A stretch of DNA of 64,000 nucleotides from Octopus vulgaris (taxonomy: Eukaryota), in contig OX597819.1 of assembly GCA_951406725.2 (NCBI GenBank), forward strand, positions 55,800,001 to 55,864,000, written 5' to 3'. The translations under genes were made by a program, and so were the position numbers. Numbering within the stretch: position 1 is the first letter of the stretch; the number at the start of each line of letters is the position of its first letter. The notes beneath the pieces are model-generated. The model had not been told where the DNA came from, did no database searches, and was given only the letters and a program-made list of their open reading frames with translations. This document shows positions 50,885-64,000 of the stretch, in pieces.

Positions 50885-51507
50885 CTGCACTAAAGCTCGT
50901 TTATTCCTTATTAGTGCTTGGCGCTGATACTGCTATTTTTATTCCAACCAGGCGGTCCTCTAACGCAACTCAGTTACTGATGTTGACTGCTTTTTTTGTT
51001 AAAGCTACGACTTTGAATCCGCCTAGGGTTATCTCTCTTCGGTAGTTCCCATTGAGGAAGGCTAGAGAGTCAGAAACGCGCGTCTAGGAATCCGCTAGAG
51101 GGAAACACTGAGCAGATATGGTGTTGTAGCAGTTTTTACCACAAGATAGAATTTTTTCTCCACGTTAACTGCAGTGAATTTGCCTTTAGAATTTAGAATA
51201 TATCACAAACATATATTTTGACTAACCTAAAATTCGTTTGTTCCTAATCACTGTCTGGCGCTACTGCTATTTTTATTCCGACCTGGTGGTCCACAAGCAC
51301 ATCTCTTTCACTGAAGGTGATTGCCTTTTAATTAAAGCTACGGCTTTGAATCTGCCCAGGGTTGTCTATCTTCGGTATTTCTCATTGAGGAAGGCTAAAG
51401 AGCCGAAAACGCGCGTCTGGGAATCGTTAGAGGACACCACTGGGCAGATACAGTGTTTTTATATATTTTGCCATAAGGGAGAATTCTTTCTTTACAGTAA
51501 CTGCAGA
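50885..51507 (+). repeat. Tandem dimer (period about 333 nt), each unit carrying a hammerhead motif (retrozyme-like)
   Basis: 51046-51090 TTCCCA-TTGAGGA-AGGCT-AGAG-AGTCA-GAAA-CGCGCG-TC-TAGGAA and 51379-51423 TTCTCA-TTGAGGA-AGGCT-AAAG-AGCC-GAAA-ACGCGCG-TC-TGGGAA. Confidence 0.72.
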
Positions 51508-52306
51508 TCCATACATATCATATCATATCATATCATATATCATATAATATATATATATTATATGTGTGTGCTACAGGTAACATGAGCACAACCATCAAAG
51601 GACAGATGAACTCAGTAGAGCCAACAGCCATCCTACGATCTTTGTATAGACATTTTTATAGAAAGAAAATTCTGGTGTCACATCTGCGACTTCGTTTGCA
51701 TCCAATGATGTAGACCAGTTTTTTTTCGAGCAAAAGCATACGTTGTTTAGAGGTCGTGTTTGGCCCTGTGCAAGGCCTTTCTTCACTTTAAGAAGCTTCA
51801 GACACAGTCATCGCTTGATTTTTAACATTTGTATTATGTGTTGCGTGCTATAGCGTGTTGTAGCCGAGAAAATACAAATAGAAAAAAAAATCATTGAAAA
51901 ATTACATGGCGGAATGAAGGCATATGTTAATATGGGTGGCAAGCTTCTCTGAACACCAAGAAAGAGTTGATGCCAAACAGACTGAAAAGACATATTCGTG
52001 CTGCTTTATATATACTGTTTTTACTACTTTATATATACTGTTTTTTATATATACTATATATATACTGTTTTTCTCTGTTATCTTGGTGCGATACGGTGGA
52101 TGAATTTAAGACTTTAGCTCTTATTTCTAGCAGGTGGATGCTTGTTAAGCATCCTTACGCTTCGTACGAATTATAATTCATAGCTATTTAATGCTATTGC
52201 GATCCGCCTATGCTACTGCTGGTGATATCATCAATTTAAAAATTTATTCACAGATGATATGAACAGTAGTGACATCTGATTTCAAATCTCAGTGTTTGAA
52301 TGTTTT

Positions 52307-52386
<80 letters not shown>

Positions 52387-53032
52387 GTATGTATATATAT
52401 ATGTATATATATATATATATATATTTGGGATCGATGTAATCGACTTAACCCCTCCCCATTGTACCTTTAGTAGAAAAGATTTACAAATTATCTCTCTCTT
52501 TTACTTGTTTCAGTCATTTGACTGCGGCCATGCCGGAGCACCGCCTTTGATCGAGCAACTCGACCCCGGGACTTATTCTTTTTGTAAGCCAAGTACTTAT
52601 TCTATCGGTCTCTTTTTGCCGAACCGCTAAGTAACGGGGACATAAACACACCAGCATCGGTTGTCAAGCAATGCTGGGGGGACAAACACAGACACACAAA
52701 CACACACACGCGTATATATATATATATACATATATACGACGGGCTTCTTTCAGTTTCCGTCTACCAAATCCACTCACAAGGCTTTGGTCGGCCCGAGTCT
52801 ATAGCAGAAGACACTTGCCCAAGGTGTCACGCAGTGGGACTGAACCCAGAACCATGTGGTTGGTTAGTAAGCTACTTACCACACAGCCACGAGGTTCTGG
52901 TAGAGTAGAAAGAAAGAGTATTTCCGATGTAGCACTGAATCAGGGCTCTGATCTATCTACAATTTTGGGTTCTAGATTAATGTCAAAATTCTTCAGGCGT
53001 GTATCTATCTATCTATCTATCTATCTATCTAG

Positions 53033-53080
<48 letters not shown>

Positions 53081-53096
53081 AGATAGGCAGACAGAC

Positions 53097-53178
<82 letters not shown>

Positions 53179-53739
53179 ATATGCACACTCAGACGTTTGA
53201 GCATTTATGTGTGCGTCAGAGAATGTATGTATAGATGTATGCGAGTGTGTGCGGTGAGTTTATACATCCATGCTTACATGTATGGATATACATATATCAT
53301 CCTACCATATCAAGTAATTTAAATGAATTCTCTCCTAGCAATCTTACACCCTCATAATAGTTAAAATATTAAGTCCAGTAACTGCTTTCGGAAGAAATAA
53401 ACACACTTCAAAAACTGCATATGCCCTTGAAAGAGTAGGCATCAAAATAACGTTGCGCGCGTGATTTATAACGCGTTCGTGAACACACAAATGTATGATA
53501 AATGATATTACACATCGTTATTTTGATCTCAGCTGTTTCAAGTACGTATAGTGATTTAACAGCGAGCGCCTTTCCATGTTTGTATATACATGAAAGTGGT
53601 ATAAATGATGTACTCATCGTTACACAGCAAAAGCATTTGAATTCTGTCCAACAAAATGTAGTAACCAATATTAACCCTACAAAATCAGCCTCCACACAAC
53701 GCTGCTTAACATAACAGCCTATGGACTACTATGTATATG

Positions 53740-53815
<76 letters not shown>

Positions 53816-54439
53816 ACAGCGATGTGCAAACTGATACCATGAGTTTACTGTAAGATATACTCATTAGCTTATTTTTGTATTATGTAAAATAGAATATCTG
53901 CATATCGGTTAATCCCCCAAAATTGTATATATATATAAGGGCGGTGCTTCAGCATGGCCACAGTCATGATAGATCGCCATGATAGATCGCTAGCCACTAC
54001 ACATTCTTTATTTTCTCTCCTTGTTTCTTTCTGTGTTCCTTTCTGTGGAAGAGCGTAGGCTCGAAACGTTAAAGACTTTTTCACTTCCAGTGCGTTGTAC
54101 TAATACATCTGTTGGTTGTCTACACCACCTGTCATCGTCTTTTGTTTTTGGTGCATTCTCCCCCCCCCCCCCCTATATATATATATATATATATATATAA
54201 TCGTTGTGAGTGGATTTGGTAGATGGAAACTGAAAGAAGTGTGTCTTGTATTTGTATATATATATAAATATTACCTATACATTTGTATTATTGTCTTTTA
54301 CTCGCTATGTTACTACTAAACGCTCGAAGATAAATAAATTCCGCCATTCGTTTCTTATATAAAGCACATTGAGACAATCCCTTTGATCGAACTGTTCTTA
54401 AATACTTACAGCTCCAAAATGGTGTAAGTATGTATGCAT

Positions 54440-54695
54440 GTATGTCATTATTCAGTTTTAGTTCAAGATTTGCCAATAGAGAAAGAGTCAGTTTCTAACC
54501 TATATCCAAGGCTATTCATTGGAATTTCAACATCAACAACAGGGTATGTATGTATGTATGTATGTATGTATGTATGTATGTATGTATGTATGTATGTATG
54601 TATGTATGTATGTATGTATGTATGTATGTATGTATGTATGCATGTATGTATGTATGTATGCATGTATGTATGCATGCATGCATGTATGTATGTAA

Positions 54696-54726
<31 letters not shown>

Positions 54727-54968
54727 TGTATGTATGTATGTATGTATGTATGTATGCATGTATGTATATATGTATATATGTATGTATGCATGCATGCATG
54801 CATGTATATATGTATGTATGCATGCATGCATGTATATATGTATGTATGCATGCATGCATGTATATATGTATGTATGCATGCATGTATGTATATATGTATG
54901 TATGCATGCATGTATGTATGTATGTATGTATGTATGTATGTATGTATGTATGTATGTATGTATGTATG

Positions 54969-55002
<34 letters not shown>

Positions 55003-55282
55003 TGTGTGTGTGTATGTATGTATGTGTGCAGATTTGTATGGTTTATGTATATATTCTCACGCTTCATTTGCATATCTAGACATATCTATATATATTTAAA
55101 TGATAAACTTCTGGAAACTTTTACAGATTTTTACAGTTCCAGTGATAGATTGGATCTGTAGTCTTCGAATTAGCTTTCTCCTTTCTGGTTTTGAGAAGCC
55201 TGATTTCTCAAGATTGGTATCTAGGCAGTGTGTTACATGACCCAGAGCCCCAATAATTACGGGTTTAAACCCGAACTTGTAT
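54440..55282 (-). mobile_element. 5'-truncated R4/Dong-like LINE with an expanded (CATA)n tract in its 3' UTR
   Basis: 55282-55092 reads YKFGFKPVIIGALGHVTHCLDTNLEKSGFSKPERRKLIRRLQIQSITGTVKICKSFQKFII*. The 3' UTR at 54480-54530 resembles 27835-27890. Confidence 0.72.
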
Positions 55283-55311
55283 GTATGTATGTATGTGTGT
55301 ATATATGTATA

Positions 55312-55490
55312 CCGAGAAGTATTGAAAAGTGCCTGGTTTTAAAGGTGCTGCGAAATGACTGGTTGGAGGCCCAAACTTCCGAATTATTTTACAAGGCTTA
55401 AAAAAACTGAAGGACCGCTGCAATAAGTGTGTGAATCTGAGAAGGCAATATGTTGAATAAAATAAAAATTATATGTCTTTCAGACTTTTG
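55312..55490 (+). mobile_element. Short mariner remnant (C-terminal end)
   Basis: Translation GLKKLKDRCNKCVNLRRQYVE* is typical of mariner C-termini. Confidence 0.6.
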
Positions 55491-55529
55491 CAACTAAGAG
55501 TAAAATAAAAAAAAACAATTAAATTGGAG

Positions 55530-56870
55530 ACTAAGTTAGCAAAGGAGCTGGCCATTCGCGTGCCCATCGCAGTCACCGATATTGTCGATACAATTTGTTA
55601 TTAAATACGAAGTTATTCTCCAAGATGAATTTTGGCCCTTCTATTACGAATTCTTTTTTGATACGGTGTGGGCGTTGATTGGAGTAATTCTCTAGCCAGA
55701 ATTGGATTGCCTCTATTCCTAGGCTGTTGGGGATATTGGAATAGAGGTTGACTACATCAAAGGCTACTACTGGGGTGTTTTTATTTATTGTTTCAGGGAG
55801 ATGATTGAACATATCTAGGTCGTCGCTTATGTAGCTTTTGATATGCTTGAGGAATGGTTTTAAGAGGGTGTCTAAAAAGTTACGGAGGCGGTGAGTTTCG
55901 CATGCGGGGCCTGCTATTATGGGTCTTAGTTTGAGGTACCTTGACTATTATGTCTGTAGCCCTCCTGCATGCGTTACTTATTTTTTACTTTTGTGTATCT
56001 TAGGAATACCGTAGAATTGATTGGATTTACTATTGAAGTTAGTAATATAGTCGTATTCCTTGTCGGTGAGCCCTACTCTGTATAGGTCTAGGCTTCTCAT
56101 TATTTTCTGCTGAGTGTAGTGTTGTAATTTTCATAATATGTTGTGTCTTCTAATATGGATAATACTAGGGTTATATAATATACCGTGTCCAATAAGGCTA
56201 CTGCACTCCCTTTATCATTCTCTTTGATTGTTATTGTTTTGTCATCCTTTAATCTGTTCAGCACAGTCCGTTCTTTTTTGCTGGAGTTTGGCTTGAATTT
56301 TTGTTTGTATATATGTTGATATGGGTAATTCGTGATGTGTTCACAGAAATGGTCAAGAATGGGGTGTAGTTACTTTTATTTCGGACTAAGGATTCGTCCT
56401 CATTGTATTTGTCGGTGAGTCATAATTTTCTACAGAATTCCGCAACGTATTCTTTCATTTCGTTGTAGTTGGGACGTTGCGGGGTTGGTGGTTGTAAATT
56501 TGAGCCCTTTGGTTCGATTTGGTTGGTGTTATATCTTTGTGGGTTAGATTGATGACTTTTATCACTTTTGGTTTACGCCTGTCTGTGTGATGTTATCTCG
56601 TGTCCTTGTGTTTGCGTACTGGGTCTAAAAAATGATTGAGGGATGGTAGCTGTTATGTAGTTATCCCCTGTTGTTGTGGAGTGCCTTGTTGTAGTGATTT
56701 ATGGTGCGGGTCCTTGGATGGGGATTGAAAAGTGTGTCCCCATATTCTCTGTTCGAATGTGGTGATTCAGAGGGCTGTCATTGGTAATTATTTTGTGTGG
56801 TATAGGTTTATTGTGCGTGGTTGTTAAGTGGATTGTTGGAATAAAAATTACGTTGGTATCACCTTAAGGG
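55530..56870 (-). mobile_element. Penelope-like element N-terminal/RT region (decayed)
   Basis: Translation DKGSAVAL...FYGIPKIHK...RPIIAGPAC...VVAFDVVNLYSNIP...YRQ..TAMGTRMA. Confidence 0.88.
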
Positions 56871-56923
56871 GGGATGTCGTATGTATGTATGTATGTATGT
56901 ATGTATGTATGTATGTATGTATG

Positions 56924-56969
<46 letters not shown>

Positions 56970-58664
56970 AAATAAAAATATATATGAGGATATTATTGTT
57001 TATAATATCAAGTTGCGTAAAAAATACCATTAGGGGAAAAATTATTAATTAATAATTAAGGGTGCCACAAATAGCACCACCACGCTAAAAATAGTAGTCA
57101 GAAGGCGACTATAACCACAAATTTTCGCTGATACTTATTAATTGAAATCAGAGGAATGAACAGAAATTCTAAGCCTTCGTACCAAGACTTGCTGATGAGA
57201 ACTAAGTGGCATCTTCACAAAGTTTGAAATCGTGATGATACGGGTATGTCTGGCTTTTCAATTTTATGACTGACATTAAATAAACTACATGCTTATTTAT
57301 ATCCATAAGACTAAAGATAGTTTTAAAGGAAAAGCTGATCTTTGCTTCAAAGTGACGTTGCCTTTATTAATCTTCTTGTTAATTAAAGATGCACACTGTG
57401 GTGAGATTTACGTTTCAATATCCTGTTGTACACCGTGAACATGAACAATGGCATTGATCACGTTGCAAAAGCGCAATAACCGGTTACTACGAGAAACACT
57501 CTGTACATCTCCAGACACGTTTTTCTCCTGCCTCCTTCAAATATTTTCAAATATTTTTGCTTTCGTTTCCAACAGACGAATCATAGTCGGCCATCTTAAA
57601 ATAAAGAGGAAAGACTGGGCCATGATATCCTTAAATATAAGAAGCAACGAGATAGTCACAGCTTGAGCGCTCTTGACCATTAGATGCTTGATCAGAGCTG
57701 ACCTAGTGCTAAACTATAAAAGTGGTTTCAAATTTTGGCACAAGGCCATCAATTTAGGGGAGCGGGATAAGTCGATTATATCAGCCCCAGTATTCAGCTG
57801 GTACTTATTTACTGAGCCCGAAAGGATAAAAGGCAGAGTCGACTTCTGCAGAATTTGAACTCAGAACTTGAATACTAACGAAATGCCGAGAAGCATTTTT
57901 CCCGGTGTGTTAATAATTCTGCCAGTTCACCGCCTAACATTAAGCTATGACATAATAATACATTTCGTATTGTTTTGCTAAGCCACTGTCAATTCAATAA
58001 TTTCGCCTCCGACTGAATTACAGGTTTACGTTGCGCTGATAAAATTTTGTAAGTGGTGAACCTTCTCTATGATAATTTGAATATTTCAGCCATTTGGACC
58101 ATAAAATACCCTTCATTCAGTTTTTTTCGTCGATAACATCGATTAATCTTTAAACAAATTCCACCCTTCTTCTGTAAAATAGCTACCGTTGCATGAATCC
58201 ATTGTAAAATGTTATTAGATGTATATCATACATTTGAGAGTGAAAAAGAGCAACAAGTTCTTGAAGATAGTCGAATCACATATCGATTATATCCGCTAAA
58301 ATAACTTCTCAATCTAAGCGTCGTGAATCTATGTAAGTAGGCGTGGACATGCTCACTATTTACCTGTTATTTACGACTCTGTTTCTCGTTATCTATTTCT
58401 GGTGAGCAACTAGTTCTGGGAATATGCTATTTCTGGTAATCTGATATTTCTGATAATCTTACTTTTTCTGTTTATGGTACTCTATTTCTGTTATATTTCT
58501 AGTAATCTTCGACTTCGAGAAACGTATCATTTCTAGTAACCTTTTTCTAGTATCCAGTCAAAAGCCTCTCGTAGTCGTATCACTACATTCCATCATGCCA
58601 TAAACCAAGACTGCATTTCATCTAAGCTAATTATCTTACTAATTAGTTGTGCTATAATTTTCTA

Positions 58665-59215
58665 TTGGGTTGTCCGGAAAGTTCGTGCCAAATTTTTAAA
58701 GGAAAGAAAAAGGTCAATAAATACTTACCATTACATTTTGAACCATTTTGTTGCACAATGCGTCTCCATTTTTCCTTTAACTTGAAAATACCCTCTTCCG
58801 AGAATTGAGGTCGTTTCATGGCAAAGAATTCATCAAGGTATCTTTTATGTCATCCAAGGAATTGAAATTTTTGACATTAAGACTATTCTGCAGAGACCTG
58901 AATAAGTGGAAATCTGAAGGAGCAATATCTGGGGAATATGGAGGATGGGGTAACACATCCCAGCCGAGCTGCAGCAATTTTTGTCTGGTTCCCAAAGCAT
59001 CAAGTGCTGAAAATGAACTTTCTTATCTTCCATTTTAAAGGGTTACAGAATTAACACAGGTTATAGGAACAGAAACCTTCTTCCACGAAAAGATAGCTTA
59101 AGCTGTGCTCTAAATGGAGGTGTAGTCAAATCCTATTTTATGGACTCAACCATGTTTTAAAATAAGTCGAAATGTGAGCTGCTATATATCGGCACGAACT
59201 TTCCGGACAACTCAA
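58665..59215 (-). mobile_element. Second copy of the same deleted mariner
   Basis: Same TIRs, TA flanks and deletion junction (MLWE|PDK) as 31287-31852, in inverted orientation. Confidence 0.93.
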
Positions 59216-60001
59216 TACTACTTTTAAGATATTATTCATCAATTTTATCTCTTCCACTTAGAAGGTATTAGAGTATCTTACTAGAACATCTTCCATCTCT
59301 TTTCAGCAGTGGCGATGACCAGATCTGCTTCATCGGTGAAGTGTTCACTAGTAGTATGTCACCTCTTGAGTTACCGCTACTGATAATATCTGCAATCCTG
59401 GCGAGGATCCCTGGTCGAAATTGCCTCAAGAGTAGAAGATAAGTTAGCGAGACGGTGGAAAGTTAGTGGTCCAAAAAGAAAAAGAAAGAAAAGAAAGAGA
59501 CTGGGGCAGCGCAAACTAACTGTGTGGTCTCTGTTTTGTAGTGAAGGTGAAAAATGCGCGACCACTTGTTGCAGGAACACCCATTACAAAAATTGCAACA
59601 ACAACAGACAGTGGAACCAGTATTTCCATGACCGGTAGAGGAGAAAATAATGACTGCAGCAATGATCTCAAATAAAGCAGCAGCACTGTGAGGAACCGAC
59701 TACACGAGAGCTACCGACAAACAAAAGGATATCGAAAGATGCGAACACAATCGTCAAAAACGTTGGCATGTACATACCTTTTCCTTTTTTTTCCAACTCC
59801 AAATTTCTATCTTCGGGTTCTTTAAAGAAAGAAGACGAGAAGGGTCTATGACTAAAAGCGACAGAGACGAAGAAGAGGAAGAAGAAAGCTTGCAACGATC
59901 GTGAACGCTGATGGCCAGAATGTTTGATGAGACACCAATGGATATGGAAACCAAATATATATATATATATACGTTTCGCATATATTCCGCTGGCGCGTTC
60001 T

Positions 60002-60223
60002 CCGCCTCCACCGCCTGCGCCGCCTCCACCACCTGCGCCGCCCCCACCGCCTCCACCGCCTGCACCGCCTGCGCCGCCTCCTCCGCCTGCGCCGCCTGCA
60101 CCACATGCGCCGCCCCACCGCCTCCACCGCCTGCACCGCCTGCGCCGCCTCCACCACCTCTATTGCCTCCTCTTCCGCCACCGACGCTGGCCCCTCCCAC
60201 TCCCAACCAAGAGCAGCAGTAGC

Positions 60224-60264
<41 letters not shown>

Positions 60265-60266
60265 CG
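60002..60266. repeat. GC-rich 9-bp minisatellite CCGCCT(G/C)C(A/G) followed by (CAA)n
   Basis: About 17 degenerate 9-mers at 60002-60157 in an otherwise AT-rich region, with poly-CAA at 60223-60266. Confidence 0.85.
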
Positions 60267-60708
60267 AGGACAGCAACAGCAGTAACAATAAAAACATGAA
60301 CAGCAAAGACAAAAACCTATAGCCAAAAGAGCAACCCCCGCAACCCCCCTCCCAGGAAAACAATTATATGAAGAAATTATGCAAATATATGAAGAAATGT
60401 TAGAAAGTACAGCTTCTGTCAACGCTCTCTGCATGAGGGATTCAATAAGTAGCTGATAACATACAGGCAAATATCGACTGTGTGTGGATTTGCAGTGAGT
60501 CCTGGCTGGTGAACCAGTGTGACTGTGATTCCCCACAGAGTGTCCCAAGCGAGAAGAAAGATGTCACGTCACGGCACACATGAACAATGTCTTCAAGGCT
60601 CACGCAGAGTTTGTTGTAATATTGTGATATGGACTTTTTGAAGTTTTAAGATTATTTCAGTACACACGCACACAAAACACACACACATACACAGGCACGC
60701 ATAACCTA

Positions 60709-60784
<76 letters not shown>

Positions 60785-60971
60785 TTTGCATGTATATATA
60801 TATATATATATATTTATATATAGGGAGAATAAAAAAAACAAAAAACGACAAACAGATATATTAGTATAACGCTCGGGAAGTGAAAAAGACTTTAACGTTT
60901 CGAGCCTACGCTCTTTCACAGAAAGGAACACAGAAAGAAACAAAGAGAGAAAATAAGGAATGTGTAGTGGC

Positions 60972-60994
<23 letters not shown>

Positions 60995-61003
<9 letters not shown>

Positions 61004-61682
61004 CCAAAGTGTACGTATGTCACTATATATATATATATATATATAATAATACAAAATGGGACAAGAATGCAAAGCATCCGGACAGTTAGGTGATACACAA
61101 ATATTTCGGTTGATTATACTTGACATAGCTCCAATCTGGCCAGCCCCAAGGAAAGACTAAGCTAAGAGCACTAGATTCCTTGGAAGAAAGCAGCAGATGT
61201 ATGCGAAAACAAGGACGGAAAAAAATGGACAATGTTACATAACTACAATAAAAATAATAACAGGACATAACAACAGGTGTCTTTCGACTAAGGACGAATA
61301 AAATTAAGCTGGCGTGTGTGGAAATGAAGCAGGGATACAAGATTTCACAAACACAGGGAGGAATATCGATGCGGCCAGACCAAAAAAGAAAGCACAGGCT
61401 TGGCCGAGCGCCGGTCACATGGGAAGAGAAGAGAGAGAAGTAGAAGCAGAGGGACAGAAGAATTAAGGAGGACCGAGAAAAAATGACAGGAACACAGTGA
61501 AGTGAAAAGTGTAGGTAAAGTGAGAAAGAAGAGAAAGCAAGGAAATGTGAGGGAGGAGGAACGAAAGAACGAAGAGTGGAATGAACGAATTAGCGTGAAA
61601 GGGCTGATAGACAGAAATAGAGACGTACAAGATTTAGTAAAATGTATACTTACTCATAAGAGACTAAAGTGTACGTACACCG

Positions 61683-61722
<40 letters not shown>

Positions 61723-61893
61723 CAAAATGGGACAAGAACGCAAAATATCCGGACAGTTAGGTGATACAAAAAGGGACAACAAAACATCCAGACAGACGAT
61801 ACAAAGAAAACAAGGATGAGTCATTCGAAGTTTTCTTTCTTCAGCCAAGCACCAGATTATCCTCGCAATTTCGGCTGATTATTCTTGATATAT

Positions 61894-61990
<97 letters not shown>

Positions 61991-62370
61991 GTACAAAATG
62001 AGACAAGAACGCAAAACGTCCGGACAGTTAGGTGATACAAAAATGGGACAACAAAATCTGCCGTAAGGCTTCATTTCCACACACACCAGCTTAATTTAAT
62101 TCATCCTTAGTCGAAAGACACACATTGTTATGTCCTGTTATCATTTCTATTATATTTGTGTAACAATGTTTGTTTTCTTCTGTCCTTGTTTTTGTATACA
62201 TTCGCTACTTTCTTCCAAGGAATCTAATGCTCTTGGCTTAGACTTTCCTTGGGGCTGGCCAGATTGGAGCAATCTCACGTATAATCAACCGAAATTGCGA
62301 AGATAATCTGGTACTTGACTGAGGAAAGAAAACTTCGAATGACCCGTCCTTGTTTTCTTTGTATCGTCTA
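60995..62370. repeat. Cluster of direct and inverted copies of a Penelope-like terminal repeat at (TA)n tracts
   Basis: TACAAAATGGGACAAGAA.GCAAA..ATCCGGACAGTTAGGTGATACA occurs three times (about 61050, 61720 and 61990). 62085-62370 is an inverted copy of 61105-61320 and 61795-61890. Confidence 0.7.
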
Positions 62371-64000
62371 TTTTTTATTTGAATTCAGAACGTAGCGGCA
62401 GACGAAATACATATTTCTTTACTACCCACAAGGGGCTAAACACAGAGAGGACAAAGAAGGACAGACAAACAGATTAAGTCGATTATATCGACCCCAGTGC
62501 GTAACTGGTACTTATTTAGTCGACCCCGAAAGGATGAAAGGCAAAGTCGACCTCGGCGGAATTTGAACCCAGAATGTAACGGCAGACGAAATACGGCTAC
62601 GCATTTCGCCCGGCGTGCTAACGTTTCTGCCAGCTCGCCGCCTTGTGTGTGTTCTGAAATTTAATTTTCCCATGTGGAAGTGAAACAAGAAAATAGAATA
62701 GGTATAAATGCATGCATGCATACATACATACATACATACATACATACATACATACATACATACATACATACATGCATACATACATACATACAGCTGGTAG
62801 AATCGTAACTGCGCCGGACAAAATGCTTAGAAGCATTTCTTCCAACTTTGCGTTCTGTGTTCAAATGCCGCCGAGATCAACTTTGCCTGTTATCTTTTTG
62901 GGGTCGATAAAATAAGTACCTGCGGTCTATTTAATCGACTTGATCTCTTTTCCGAAATTGCTGGCCTTGTGCCAAAATTTGAAACCAATATCACAGCGTA
63001 CGGCCCCAAAGTGACAGAATGGTTAGCATGTCGAACAAAATGCATAGCAGCATTTCTTCCGGCTTTACATTCAGAGTTCAAATGCTGCCGGGGTCGACTT
63101 TCCCTTTCATCTTTTCGGGGTTTTTAAAACAAGTACGACTTACTCCGTTACCCCAACCCCACGAAATAGCTGACCTTGTTCCAAAATTTGAAACCAGAAA
63201 TTATTGTGTACTTCAGTGATTATTAATTACCATAGAAACAATACGCGTAATTAAATAATTAAAGCAAAAAACAAAAAAAAAAAACAACAGCAACAAAAAA
63301 CAAAAGCAACAAAAAACAAAAAAAAAAAAAAAAAAAAAATTGTCATGCACGCACATACACACAAAAACACAAGAAACAAGATGTTACCGAAGAATATCTT
63401 TCACTGAAGGTTTAAACGTATAGCTTGTTTTTCAATTTAAGTGACACACAAAGAGATTTAACAGACACTAAATATTTGTCAAAAATAACAAATATCTGTC
63501 ATTTAACGTCTTTCGTGTTTTCATTTTCAAATGCAAGTAAATTATTGCAAAATGTTTGCCAAATGACATTTTTTAGCAACAGCTTGTGTATCGTTGTTTA
63601 GCTTTAGTTAAACCTAATTTTATGAAAGCGAAGTCGTAAGAATATTGTCAAACTGAATGAGTTTATGAACACTCAGGCAATATATCATACATGTTGGAAG
63701 AATAAATGGCTCTGAGACACCATCTCTATGAAAAAAATCACCTAGTTAAATAAACGTCGACGATTTAAATGTAGCGGACATCAAAGAGCTTACTAGAAAA
63801 AAAAATCATGCGACGAGGGAAAAATAAGAAGCAATACTAGATTTTGGCATATATTGTAACATAATTGCTAGGCTTTTACGAAATTATGGAGCTAAACCCG
63901 GACATGTTTTGGTTGTATTAGATCTCCTCAGGGAAGCATTGATTTCATCGTATCCGCCAAATCGGTGATGAGAGACTAAAGCTGATTTCTTCCAGAACGA

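Noticed and set aside
51583-51714. 43-codon ORF after a CAG|GTAACA site, and an acceptor-like site at about 31930
   Set aside because: There is no recognisable protein motif or consistent exon chain. They could be non-coding exons, but the sequence alone does not support this.
54434-55161. Long ORFs of 120-220 aa (MYVC/HTYI repeats), and similar ORFs at 37197-37471, 39778-41383 and 62512-62915
   Set aside because: These are translations of stop-free (TATG)n, (TA)n, (CA)n and (TATC)n microsatellites, not genes.
59754-60548. 264-aa Gly/Ala/Cys-rich ORF and overlapping Pro-rich or Arg-rich (protamine-like) ORFs
   Set aside because: They are open in several frames only because of the GC minisatellite and (CAA)n, and there is no splice or homology support.
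62318-62352. CTGAGGA-AAG-AAAA-CTT-CGAAT motif in the terminal-repeat cluster
   Set aside because: It lacks GAAA and a convincing stem I, so it was not counted as a hammerhead.

Overview
AT-rich, repeat-dense animal genomic DNA. The tRNA-derived SINE families and microsatellite load suggest an octopus or other coleoid cephalopod (inference). One complete protein-coding gene can be built by hand: SSR2/TRAP-beta on the + strand, with 5 coding exons over 8048-23699 encoding 193 aa. Its intron 13000-16016 carries U12-type (minor spliceosome) signals. A minus-strand exon at 1065-1195 and a promoter-like island at about 24.7 kb point to neighbouring, possibly overlapping or nested genes. The rest is decayed transposable elements: four SINE-like families, RTE, Hero and R4/Dong-like LINE fragments, Penelope-like elements, mariner/Tc1/hAT/Helitron derivatives and a probable solo LTR. 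The most unusual signals are about a dozen minimal hammerhead-ribozyme motifs (one sense in an SSR2 intron, a 333-nt tandem retrozyme-like dimer, and core variants), a roughly 620-nt intronic hairpin just before the last SSR2 exon, and R4/Dong-like LINEs sitting in (CATA)n repeats. All alignments and folds were read by eye, no database searches were run, and TE boundaries without stated TSDs are approximate. Most ORFs in the supplied track are microsatellite or SINE artefacts.
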